Source: Gemmatimonadales bacterium
GTDB taxonomy: Bacteria; Gemmatimonadota; Gemmatimonadetes; Gemmatimonadales; GWC2-71-9
Length of the DNA stretch: 64,000 nt
Direction of reading: 5' to 3'
Assembly (NCBI GenBank): GCA_044229445.1
Contig: JBGASX010000004.1
Location: 18,165-82,164 of the forward strand
Shown: in pieces, positions 46,778 to 55,320 of the stretch
Numbering within the stretch: position 1 is the stretch's first letter
Layout of the letters: each line of letters opens with the position of its first letter
The notes under the pieces: generated by a model
The model's database searches: none
What the model saw: only the letters and a program-made list of their open reading frames with translations
Told to the model about the DNA's origin: nothing
Position numbers and translations under genes: made by a program

Positions 46778-47766
46778 TGCTCCGACTTGAGGGTGCGTTC
46801 CATCAGGTCTGCGACTGCCTGCCCTGCCGGCTTGCCTTCAAACAGGATACTGGCCACCTGAGCACAGATCGGGAGCTCGGTTCCGAGGCGCGCTGCCAGG
46901 GCCAGGGCAGCCTGCGCGGTGTTGGCGCCCTCGGCCACGGTCCGATGCGTCGCGTTGTACTCGGCCAGACTCATGCCCTGGGCGAGGGCCGCGCCGAGGG
47001 CACGGTTGCGGCTCAGCGCGCCGGTCGTCGTCAGAATGAGGTCCCCCATCCCCGCCAGACCTGCGAAGGTGAGCGGATCGGCCCCCATCGCGACGCCCAG
47101 TCGCGTCATTTCCGCGAGGCCCCGGGTGATCAGCGCAGCCCTGGGATTGTTGCCGAGGCCGAGTCCTTCGAGAATCCCCGCGGCGATCGCGATGACATTC
47201 TTGAGCGCGCCCGCGAGTTCAACTCCCACGACGTCCGTGTTCGAGTAGACCCTGAACCGTGGCGTCGAGAACACCGCCTGCACCTCGCGGGCGGTCTGGT
47301 CCGAGCGTGCGGCGGCCACGACGGCGGTCGGCTGCTGCTGGTAGACCTCGACGGCGAAGCTCGGTCCCGAGAGTGCCGTGACGCGGTGGGTCGGCAATAC
47401 ATCCTCGAGCACCGCGGACATCAATTGCAGGGATCCGGGCTCGATCCCCTTGGTCGCGCTGACGATCAGTGCTGCATCACCGATTCCCGGTTTCGCCTGC
47501 TCGACAACTCGGCGAACCACCGGACTCGGAGCGACGGTCAGCACGACGTCCGCGCCCTGCACCGCTTCCACCGGATCGCTGGTTGCCTTCAGGGAGGCGC
47601 ACAGCGGGCTTCCGGGAAGGAAAAGCGGATTCTCGTGCCGCTGATTGATGGCCGCGACCACCTCAGCTTCGTAGGCCCAGAGGCGGACCCGGTGTCCCTT
47701 TCTCGCGAGCAGATCCCCGAGGGTAGTGCCCCAGCTTCCCGCGCCGAGCACGCCGATGCTGGTCAC
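46768..47766 (-). CDS. gpsA: NAD(P)H-dependent glycerol-3-phosphate dehydrogenase
   Basis: The GTG at 47766 gives VTSIGVLGAGSWGTTLG (Rossmann fold). Also ENPLFLPG and GLGNNPRAALITRGLAEM. GTGA overlap with the plsY stop. Confidence 0.9.
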   Translation of the reverse strand: MTSIGVLGAGSWGTTLGDLLARKGHRVRLWAYEAEVVAAINQRHENPLFLPGSPLCASLKATSDPVEAVQGADVVLTVAPSPVVRRVVEQAKPGIGDAALIVSATKGIEPGSLQLMSAVLEDVLPTHRVTALSGPSFAVEVYQQQPTAVVAAARSDQTAREVQAVFSTPRFRVYSNTDVVGVELAGALKNVIAIAAGILEGLGLGNNPRAALITRGLAEMTRLGVAMGADPLTFAGLAGMGDLILTTTGALSRNRALGAALAQGMSLAEYNATHRTVAEGANTAQAALALAARLGTELPICAQVASILFEGKPAGQAVADLMERTLKSEQWR

Positions 47767-48389
47767 GCGGTTGGTGCCGCCGTCTTGGTTGAGCCCCGCT
47801 TGCCGAACCGGTTCTCGGTGCCCGCCAGGAGCCGCTGGATGTTCTGCCGATGCTTCCAGATGATGAACGCCGCGAGGGCGACGTCGAAAGTCACGGTCAG
47901 CGCGGAGCGCCGCGCCGGGTGCAGCAGCCAGTCCGCAGGCGGGAAGCTGAGGGCGGCGAGGATCGAGCCGAGCGACACATAGCCCGTCAGCCAGACGACG
48001 AGCACCCAGACGGCCAGAACGACCGGGAATGCCAGCGGTGCGAGGCCGATGATCATGCCGGCGGCGGTCGCCACGCCCTTCCCGCCCTTGAATCCCACGA
48101 AAATCGAAAAGACGTGGCCGATGACGGCCACCACGCCGCACCAGATCGGGAAGTACGGCACCTCCGGAGCCTTCGGCCCGAAGAGGAGTACGGGTAGCGT
48201 GCCCTTCAGGACGTCGAAGGCACCGACCGGAATCGCGTACTTCCATCCAAGGGTGCGGTACAGGTTGGTCGCACCGAGGTTCCTGCTGCCATGCTCCCGG
48301 AGGTCGATCCCCCGAAACCACTTCCCCACGAGATAACTCGTGGGGATGGCGCCGATCAGGTAGGAAGCGGCCAGCCACAGCAACGCCAT
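47763..48389 (-). CDS. plsY: Glycerol-3-phosphate acyltransferase PlsY
   Basis: SYLIGAIPTSYL, GSRNLGATN and FKGGKGVAT motifs. Confidence 0.92.
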   Translation of the reverse strand: MALLWLAASYLIGAIPTSYLVGKWFRGIDLREHGSRNLGATNLYRTLGWKYAIPVGAFDVLKGTLPVLLFGPKAPEVPYFPIWCGVVAVIGHVFSIFVGFKGGKGVATAAGMIIGLAPLAFPVVLAVWVLVVWLTGYVSLGSILAALSFPPADWLLHPARRSALTVTFDVALAAFIIWKHRQNIQRLLAGTENRFGKRGSTKTAAPTA

Positions 48390-48432
48390 CGCGGTCAGCC
48401 CCTTTTCACACGGTAATGAACTCTAGGCCCGC

Positions 48433-49794
48433 TTACCCACCGCGCACCCGGCGTCCGTCGTCCTTCCGGTCGTGCTGACTGGCCCCCCGCCCGGTGAACT
48501 TCAGCCGGAGCGGTGCCCCCTCGAACCCCCATGCCGCCCGGAAGCCATTGACGAGGTATCGCTGGTACGACTCCATGACATCGTCCGGCCGGTTCGTCAC
48601 GATCGCGAACTCCGGCGGTCGGGTGCCGATCTGCGAGGCATAGAGCAGCTTGACCTCGGCTCCCGAGTCTTGCGGCGGTGCATTGCGCGCGATCAAGTCC
48701 TGCAGAACCCGGTTCACCTCGGAGGTGGTAACTCGACGGTTCCTCGCCTCGGCCACCTCGAGAATCAGCTCGGGCAGCCTCGTCACCCGCTGGCCCTGCA
48801 GTGCCGAGATGTAGACGAACGGCACGTACCGGAGGAAGGGGGCCTTCTCGGCGAGCAGGTCCTGGCCCCGCTTGGCTGTGTTAGGGTCCTTCTCCGGAAT
48901 CAGGTCCCACTTGTTCACTGCGATGATCAGTCCGGCGCCCCGGTCCCACGCTTCCGTGGCGATGCGGAGATCCTGGGCGTGCATCCCCAGCTCGGCGTCC
49001 ACCACCAGAACACAGACATCGGCTCGTTCGATCGCCCGGTGTGTGCGGAGGGTCGAGTAGAACTCGATGTCATCTTCTACTTTAGCTCTGCGTCGTAACC
49101 CCGCTGTATCTATGAAGTTGAGCGTTTTGTCGTGATACCGCAAGGGGGTGTCGATCGCGTCCCTGGTCGTCCCTGGGGTGGCCGATACCACCAGCCGCTC
49201 CTCCCCCAGCAACTTGTTGATAAGTGAGGACTTGCCGGCGTTCGGCCGACCGACGACGGCCACCTGGATTGCATCCTCGTCCTCCCCGGCCTGCTTCGCG
49301 GGCAGCTTTTCGACGATGGCATCGAGCAGGTCGCCGCTCGCCTTCCCGACTCCGGCCGACATCCCGAGCGGCTCGCCGAGGCCCAATTCATAGAAGCCGT
49401 ACTGCGCGGTGGTGTTCGGCAGATCATCCAGCTTGTTGACGGCCAGGATCACGGGCCGCCCGGCTTTCCGAAGCTGGGCGGCGATCTCCGCGTCGACGGG
49501 GTTCATCCCTTCCTTACCGTCGACGACCATCACGATGAGATCGGCTTCTTCGACCGCGAGCTCAACCTGGAGCCGCACGGCAATATCCATCGAGTTCGTG
49601 GAGCCGGGCATCAATCCTCCCGTGTCCACCAGCCAGAAACGGCGCCCGGCCCAGTCGGCATCCCCGAAATGGCGGTCCCGGGTCGTGCCTGCCTGATCGG
49701 AGACGATCGCGTCCCGTCCACCGAGGAGGCGGTTGAACAGAGTCGACTTGCCGACATTGGGCCGGCCGACGATGGCAACGGTTGGCTTGCTCAC
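48433..49794 (-). CDS. der: Ribosome-associated GTPase Der (EngA), two G domains plus KH-like domain
   Basis: Two P-loops (GRPNVGKST and GRPNAGKSS), DTGG/DTAG and NKLD/NKWD motifs. Confidence 0.95.
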   Translation of the reverse strand: MSKPTVAIVGRPNVGKSTLFNRLLGGRDAIVSDQAGTTRDRHFGDADWAGRRFWLVDTGGLMPGSTNSMDIAVRLQVELAVEEADLIVMVVDGKEGMNPVDAEIAAQLRKAGRPVILAVNKLDDLPNTTAQYGFYELGLGEPLGMSAGVGKASGDLLDAIVEKLPAKQAGEDEDAIQVAVVGRPNAGKSSLINKLLGEERLVVSATPGTTRDAIDTPLRYHDKTLNFIDTAGLRRRAKVEDDIEFYSTLRTHRAIERADVCVLVVDAELGMHAQDLRIATEAWDRGAGLIIAVNKWDLIPEKDPNTAKRGQDLLAEKAPFLRYVPFVYISALQGQRVTRLPELILEVAEARNRRVTTSEVNRVLQDLIARNAPPQDSGAEVKLLYASQIGTRPPEFAIVTNRPDDVMESYQRYLVNGFRAAWGFEGAPLRLKFTGRGASQHDRKDDGRRVRGG

Positions 49795-51068
49795 TTGGTG
49801 ACCTGGGTGTCGAGGGCATCAGTGAAGCAGTACGATGGTCGTACCTCCACTGGCGAGTTCGCCTGCAGATCGGCGAGAGTCAGATCATCCATGAACAGCT
49901 GGTCCTCGTTGAGAGACTCGCCCGGAATCAGGGCGAGGTCGAGATCGTTCCTGCCTGCAAGGGCCTGCCGAAAGGCAGCGCCCGGAAGAAGGCCTGCGCA
50001 GGTCACACTGGGTCCGAACAGGGTGTTCGTGACGGGGATGAGTTCGAATGTGGCCCCGGTGACGTCCCGCAGTGGCTGGAGGACCTGTTCCATCAATCCT
50101 GCCATCGAGGTGCCAGTCAGCACAGCGATCCGCCGGTTCCGCCAGTCTGCGAGGCCGTCCTTGCCCCCGGCGATGCGCTGCTGGAGCCAGCGGACCGACC
50201 CGATCCCGTTCTCCACCTGCTCGAACCCGTCATAGGCCTCTGCAGGCGGGAGCGGCAGGTCAGCTCGGAGGTAGAGTTCGTCGGCGCCAAACGCCCAGGT
50301 GATTCCCCGCTCGTCCCGGGCTCTGTGGGCAAGGGATTCGATTCTGGCGATCGCCTCGCGGCACTCGGCGCGCGTCGGTTCGCGAACCCTGCTGTGCTTG
50401 CTGTATTCCGTCAGCCCGACGGGCACGACCGAGACGTTCAGGACGGGGCTCCCGAAGTGGTACAGGTCGTTGAGCGTCTGTTCGAGAACGGCACCATCAT
50501 TCACGCCGGGTGACATCACGATCTGGGTGTGAAACTGCAGACCGTGGCTGGCGAACAGACGCAGCTGTTCGAGGATGTCCGGGGCCAAGGGATTCCGCAG
50601 GAGCCAGCGCCGGATGACCGGATCGGTGGCATGCACCGAGACGTAGAGGGGGGAGAGTCGGTACTCGACGATCCGCTCGACATCCTTCGGCTTCAAGTTC
50701 GTGAGCGTCGCGAAATTGCCGTACTTGAAGGACAGCCGGTAATCATCGTCCCTGATGTACAGCGTGTCCCGAAGGCCTTCAGGGAGTCCGTCGACGAAGC
50801 AGAAGTCGCACCGGTTCGCGCAGCGGCGAATGCGAGGTGGTTCAACCGATACCCCCATCGGCAACCCCTCTGGGCGCTCGATGTCGAATTCGATCTCCTC
50901 GCCGTCCGGCTGTCGAACATGGAGCAGGAACTGATCGTCTGCGGTCAGGAACTCCCAGTCCAGAAAATCCTCGATCTCGCGGCCATTGACCGTGAGCAGC
51001 TCCGTGCCGGACTGGAGACCCAGTTCGGCGCCGAGGGATTCAGGAGAGACCGCAGTGACCTTGAGCAT
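49791..51068 (-). CDS. PDZ domain plus radical-SAM-like DUF512-type protein
   Basis: An N-terminal PDZ-like segment is followed by the CANRCDFCFVDG cluster motif. 4-nt overlap with the der start. An upstream ATG at 51110 is an alternative start. Confidence 0.7.
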   Translation of the reverse strand: MLKVTAVSPESLGAELGLQSGTELLTVNGREIEDFLDWEFLTADDQFLLHVRQPDGEEIEFDIERPEGLPMGVSVEPPRIRRCANRCDFCFVDGLPEGLRDTLYIRDDDYRLSFKYGNFATLTNLKPKDVERIVEYRLSPLYVSVHATDPVIRRWLLRNPLAPDILEQLRLFASHGLQFHTQIVMSPGVNDGAVLEQTLNDLYHFGSPVLNVSVVPVGLTEYSKHSRVREPTRAECREAIARIESLAHRARDERGITWAFGADELYLRADLPLPPAEAYDGFEQVENGIGSVRWLQQRIAGGKDGLADWRNRRIAVLTGTSMAGLMEQVLQPLRDVTGATFELIPVTNTLFGPSVTCAGLLPGAAFRQALAGRNDLDLALIPGESLNEDQLFMDDLTLADLQANSPVEVRPSYCFTDALDTQVTK

Positions 51069-51121
51069 AGGCAAGCGGCGAAAGATGGGCGGGTGGACGG
51101 GGCGATTCAAGCGCGGGGCAC

Positions 51122-51153
51122 AATAGAAACGGGCGGAGCCTGAGGCTCCGCCC
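51122..51153 (-). terminator. Intrinsic terminator after the pilin gene
   Basis: A perfect 10-bp stem GGGCGGAGCC/GGCTCCGCCC with a 3-nt loop at 51131-51153. On the minus strand it is followed by GTTTCTATT. Confidence 0.55.
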
Positions 51154-51185
51154 GGGACAAGCGCCGCTTGAGCGTGTGGCTGATA

Positions 51186-51611
51186 CTACCAGCAGGCGGG
51201 CGTGCCTTCCATCGTCACCGCGGCATTCGGGCTGTTGCCAGCCGCTCCCATGAACACGCCGCAGCTCTGGATGTTGCCGACCAGCACGGGATTGGTCATC
51301 ACGGCCTTGTAGCCGGTGACGCCGATGTACGTGAGGGTCAGGACGTTGCCGGTTGATGGCAAGAACGTGAGTTTGCCAGCGCCACCGGTCGCATTCACCT
51401 GTGCCCCCGCGGTCGTTGAACCGGCGTAATCGGCATTGTCGAAGTAGAAGCTCTCCTGACCGGTGACCAGATTGCGCAGGTCGCTCTTCATCGAAGCGAG
51501 TACCGCCTTCTCTTTCGAGTTGGCGAACTTCGGGATTGCGATCGCGGCCAGAATGCCGATGATCACGACGACAATCAAGAGCTCGATAAGGGTGAAACCC
51601 TTGGTGGACAT
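51186..51611 (-). CDS. Type IV pilin (prepilin-type N-terminal cleavage/methylation domain)
   Basis: MSTKG|FTLIELLIVVVIIGILAAIAIPKF is the class III signal. A C-terminal Cys pair (..QSCGVF...TPACW) could form the D-region disulfide. GGAG precedes the ATG at 51611. Confidence 0.85.
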   Translation of the reverse strand: MSTKGFTLIELLIVVVIIGILAAIAIPKFANSKEKAVLASMKSDLRNLVTGQESFYFDNADYAGSTTAGAQVNATGGAGKLTFLPSTGNVLTLTYIGVTGYKAVMTNPVLVGNIQSCGVFMGAAGNSPNAAVTMEGTPACW

Positions 51612-51675
51612 TTCCCGCTCCAGGCTGGAGACGCCACGGCTGGCCCAGGCCGCCGCTGCACGACGGCCAGGAATG

Positions 51676-51691
51676 GGCAACAGGTGTGCCA
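51676..51691 (-). promoter_or_regulatory. Sigma-54 (-24/-12) promoter TGGCAC-N5-TTGC upstream of the pilin gene
   Basis: The minus strand reads TGGCACACCTGTTGCC, with GG and GC spaced exactly 10 nt apart. It sits about 65 nt upstream of the pilin ATG, and rpoN is present in this window. Confidence 0.6.
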
Positions 51692-51790
51692 GTCACCTGT
51701 TGCAAACGCAAGTCGTTTATTGACAGTGACTTATTTGTTGCGGCCGGGATGCTGCTCGGCTCGGTGACAGCCGACGGCGGGGCGTCCTGC

Positions 51791-51830
51791 GAGAAGAAAC
51801 CGCCGACCCCGCGTTGCGGGACCGGCGGTT
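51791..51830 (-). terminator. Intrinsic terminator after cytochrome c gene
   Basis: A stem AACCGCCG..CGGCGGTT with inner CCCCGC/GCGGG pairing. On the minus strand it is followed by TTTCTTCTC. Confidence 0.5.
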
Positions 51831-51857
51831 CGGAGCCTCCGGGACCAGTCTGAGCGC

Positions 51858-52235
51858 CTATTTGTGGCTCAGGCTGTAGACATAGGCCGCGACACTCTTC
51901 ACATCGTCATCCGAGATGCTGGAGCCACCCTTGGCGGGCATCGGAACGCCGCTCTTGGACTGCTCCTTGGTCACCCCGGAGAGGATCTGCTTCACGATGT
52001 CGTCGTAGGTGCCCTTGCTGTGGAGCCAGACATCATCCGTCAGATTCGGGCCAACGAGCCCCTTGGCATCCTGGCCATGGCAGGCGTAACAGAGCCCTTC
52101 CTTGTGGAAGATCGCGTTACCCTTGTCGACCATGGCCTGCGTGACACCGGCCGGGAGTCCCTGCGCCCTCGCTGGAGCTGAGCCTGCGGCCACCAACGCG
52201 CAGAGCACGAAGGCCGCACGAACAATGATCTTCAT
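51858..52235 (-). CDS. Class I c-type cytochrome (monohaem, exported)
   Basis: Signal peptide MKIIVRAAFVLCALVAAGSAPARA, haem motif CYACH, and a distal Met candidate (GVPMPA). Confidence 0.85.
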   Translation of the reverse strand: MKIIVRAAFVLCALVAAGSAPARAQGLPAGVTQAMVDKGNAIFHKEGLCYACHGQDAKGLVGPNLTDDVWLHSKGTYDDIVKQILSGVTKEQSKSGVPMPAKGGSSISDDDVKSVAAYVYSLSHK

Positions 52236-52368
52236 TCCAAACTCCCGTCAGAAGGTTTCAGTGAGGACCCTGAAGAGTCCTGGCCGAGCGGATGTGTCGC
52301 GACCCCGTCGGCGGGGACGAGGATTGCAAGAGGTGGGCCTGCCGCCGTGAAGAGGAAGGCAGGCCCAG

Positions 52369-52441
<73 letters not shown>

Positions 52442-52558
52442 GAGCAGCGGCCAAAGTTGACGCCTCGCGTCGGGAGTGTCAATGGCGCGACGATACGGTC
52501 CGCACGACTGGGTCAGGGCCGGCGGACACTGCGCCCGCCGGCCCGCCCGGTCACGCTG

Positions 52559-53995
52559 CTACTTCACCCGGTAACGCCAGTCTCTCACGCCCGGAACCTT
52601 GGTGGTGGCGCTGAAATCGGCGGTCTCACCCGCCTTCAAGGCTGCCACCGTCACATCCTTCGTGTCGAGGACCGCGCCCCCCTTGCCGAGAAACTCGACC
52701 TGGATGGTCAGGGGGTGCGGCGTGACCAGCTTGTTGTTCTCGTCGCGTGCTTCCCGACCGGTGACCTTGCCCGCGAGGGAGAGGCCGTCCGGAGACGTGC
52801 CGAGGCTCACCTCCACGTTCAGCAGGAGCCCTTCCCGGGCAATGCTGGCCTTGAGCAGGCCATCCTTGTTGCCCGCCATCCGGTAACCTTCGACCCGCAT
52901 CGTGTGGTCGTACTCCGCGAGCGGTTCGAGCTCGATGAGCTTCTCCGCCGTCGCGGCCAGGTCACCACCCTGCTGGAGCGCGAGGTAGGCATTCGCCATG
53001 TTGAACAGGGCGTTGCGATTGTTCGGATTGAGGCTCAGCACCCGTCCGAACGTGGCGGCAGCTTCCTTGTAGTCCTTGTCGCTGAACTGCTTGACCGCAA
53101 TGACCATGAGGTCATCCTCGGAAATCCCCTCACCTTCGGCCCCACCGGCTTCCGCGCCGGCATTGGCAATCAACTCGTGTTCGAGAGTTTGAGCGCTGTC
53201 CGCCATGCCGGCTGCCCGGTAGGCGCGGGCGAGCGCCTTCTTGGCGGCGAGGTCTGTCGGCTCGAACGAGAGGTAGCGCTGGAGGGCGGCGACGGCCTCG
53301 GGATTCCGGTTGCTGTTGAGCAGGAGCACGCCCTGGTTATAGGCCGCCTTATTGCGGACCTTCACGTACGCCGGGTCGGTTGGGTTGGTCGCCGCGGCAA
53401 GCCCGAAGTACGTGATGGCGCTGTCCACCTGGCCGGCGTCATAGAACAGCCCAGCCAGACCGTTGAAGCCGTGCGGGGCATCGCGGTTGATCTGGTTGGC
53501 CGCGCGGTAGAGCACCATTGCGGAGTCGGCCTTCTTCTGTTCGACGAACTCCTGGGCACCAACGACGAGGCCACCCCAAGCGCGTCCGCGGAACTTCTGT
53601 ATGTCCGCCTTACACTGCGGGGCAAGCGAAGCCGCCTTGGTGAAGGCGGTATCGGCTCCGATCATGTCCCCCTGGAGCAGATTGATCCGGCCCAGCCAGT
53701 AGAAGGCCGCGCCGTTCTTGTCCTGACCCTTGGTCGTCGTCGCATCGCGAATGATGTCCGCACCTTCGCGCAGCAGCCGATTGCCGATGACAGGATCGGA
53801 GGTATTGGCGAAACTGCTCAGCTTGGTCTTCGCCGAGCTGACCAGGAAGTGTCCTTCCTTGAGCTGGCATTCAGCGTCCTGAAACTTACCGCCGAGTTGC
53901 GCGGAGACGCGCGAGGCGATGCCGCTCTGCTGCGCCCCCGCCGGGGCCGCCACGATGAGCACCGCCAGCAACCCACCAACGATCGCCTTGGTCAT
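52559..53995 (-). CDS. Exported TPR-repeat protein with C-terminal beta-sandwich-like domain
   Basis: Signal peptide MTKAIVGGLLAVLIVAAPAGAQQ. Multiple TPR-like A..Y..LG/A..A repeats. The last ~110 aa are beta-rich. Confidence 0.65.
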   Translation of the reverse strand: MTKAIVGGLLAVLIVAAPAGAQQSGIASRVSAQLGGKFQDAECQLKEGHFLVSSAKTKLSSFANTSDPVIGNRLLREGADIIRDATTTKGQDKNGAAFYWLGRINLLQGDMIGADTAFTKAASLAPQCKADIQKFRGRAWGGLVVGAQEFVEQKKADSAMVLYRAANQINRDAPHGFNGLAGLFYDAGQVDSAITYFGLAAATNPTDPAYVKVRNKAAYNQGVLLLNSNRNPEAVAALQRYLSFEPTDLAAKKALARAYRAAGMADSAQTLEHELIANAGAEAGGAEGEGISEDDLMVIAVKQFSDKDYKEAAATFGRVLSLNPNNRNALFNMANAYLALQQGGDLAATAEKLIELEPLAEYDHTMRVEGYRMAGNKDGLLKASIAREGLLLNVEVSLGTSPDGLSLAGKVTGREARDENNKLVTPHPLTIQVEFLGKGGAVLDTKDVTVAALKAGETADFSATTKVPGVRDWRYRVK

Positions 53996-53997
53996 CC

Positions 53998-55297
53998 CTA
54001 CTCCTTCAGTGGTTGTGAACTGCCGGGCGCGGTTCCGTCGAGCACGGCGCGCGCGGCGGCTTCGATCTCTCGTGCTACATCGATCGCCGGGCGCCCGAGA
54101 TGCCGGGCGGCCCGACGGACGTCTTCATACTCCGCCTTGACCCGCGGTCCCGCAGGGGCGTCGAGCACTTTCACTCCGACCATGAAGCCGTCCGCCGCCT
54201 CGATCTCGATCCGCTTCCGCCCGAGGGTGACTCGCTCGGAGGACACTCTACGCACACCTGCGGTGGTACTATGCAGGAAGAGTGCCTCCGTGACCTCTTC
54301 GGCCGCCGCGGTGTCGCAGATCACCTCGACCCGAAATCCTGGCCGGCCCTTTTTCATCATGGTGCCCCAGACCTGGGTGTCGAGCGCGCCGGCCGTCGTG
54401 AGCGCTTCGCGGAGCGGCTCGAGGTACTCGGGGCTGAGGTCATCGATGTCGGCGGAGACCGTGATGACCTCCCCCGCCTCCTGGCTCCTCTCGGCCAGGA
54501 TCAGACGCAGCGCATTGGGGTACTGCTCCGTGTCTCTGCCTCCCGCCCCCCAACCCGTGGCCTTCGAACGCCAGTGGGACGGTGGGCTATCGTGCCCAAG
54601 CACCCGAAGCAGGACCGCACCGGTGGGGGTCGTCGCCTCACCGATCACCGGGCCGTCAGGACCGATGTCCACGCCCTCCAGCAGTCGCAGGGTCACAGGT
54701 GCGGGGACGGCGATGACGCCGTGGGCCGCACGCACCCATCCATTTCCAAGAGCGACCGGGCGGCTGTAGACCGTATCGACGCCGAGCATCTCGAAGCCTT
54801 CAATCGCTCCAACGATGTCGACGATCGCGTCGACCGCGCCGACTTCGTGCAGCGCGACCGAAGCGGCCGGCACGCCGTGAACGCGACCTTCCTCGGTGCA
54901 CAGCAGGTGGAAGGCGAACGCCGCGCGCTCTTTCACCCGGTCACTGAGCGGCGCCCGATCGATGATGCTGAGGAGATCGGACAGATGGCGATGGGCGATG
55001 ACCCGCTCCATGCGCGTGGTCGTGCGCATGGTGATGCCGCGCGGTCCGCGACGGTCCCGCATAGGCCTCGCTGGGCGGTTCGGACCGCCCGCCCGGAAGG
55101 GTGATGCTCACCTTGGTGCAGGCGATTCCGCACCGCAACACCTTGCTCGTCTCCACCCGGACTTCCGGAAAGCCGAGTCGCTCCGGAAGCGCCGTGAGCC
55201 AGGCCTCCGGTGCTCCGGCATCGAGCAGCGCACCCAGAAGCATGTCCCCGCTGATTCCGGCGGACGGGTCGAGAATCGCGAAGCGCTGGGGTGCCAT
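53998..55297 (-). pseudogene. larC: LarC-family nickel insertase gene interrupted by a 1-nt frame change (pseudogene, assembly error or recoding)
   Basis: The N-terminal ORF (from ATG 55297: MAPQRFAILDPSAGISGDMLLGALLDAG...RHHHAHDHAHGAGH) and an overlapping ORF offset by one nucleotide (..HRHLSDLLSIIDRAPLSDRVKERA..LHEVGAVDAIVDIVGA..) together cover a full LarC. The junction is near the GGG run at 54993-54995. Confidence 0.75.
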
Positions 55298-55320
55298 AGC
55301 TCGGTAATATCGCCCTCGGA

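Noticed and set aside
44913-48378. Long track ORFs 44913-46265 (450 aa) and 46768-48378 (536 aa), suggesting large fusion proteins.
   Set aside because: Only the C-terminal parts (pcm from 45593, gpsA from 47766) show family motifs. The upstream parts overlap surE and plsY in other frames and are Arg/Pro/Gly-rich, typical of open shadow frames in high-GC DNA.
53998-55297. The larC split as a programmed frameshift analogous to L. plantarum larC1/larC2.
   Set aside because: Not rejected outright, but down-weighted. The junction is at a different position (the His-rich linker, not the C-terminal domain boundary). No slippery heptamer or downstream structure is evident. A single extra C in a CCC run explains it, so it is reported as a frame disruption needing read-level verification.
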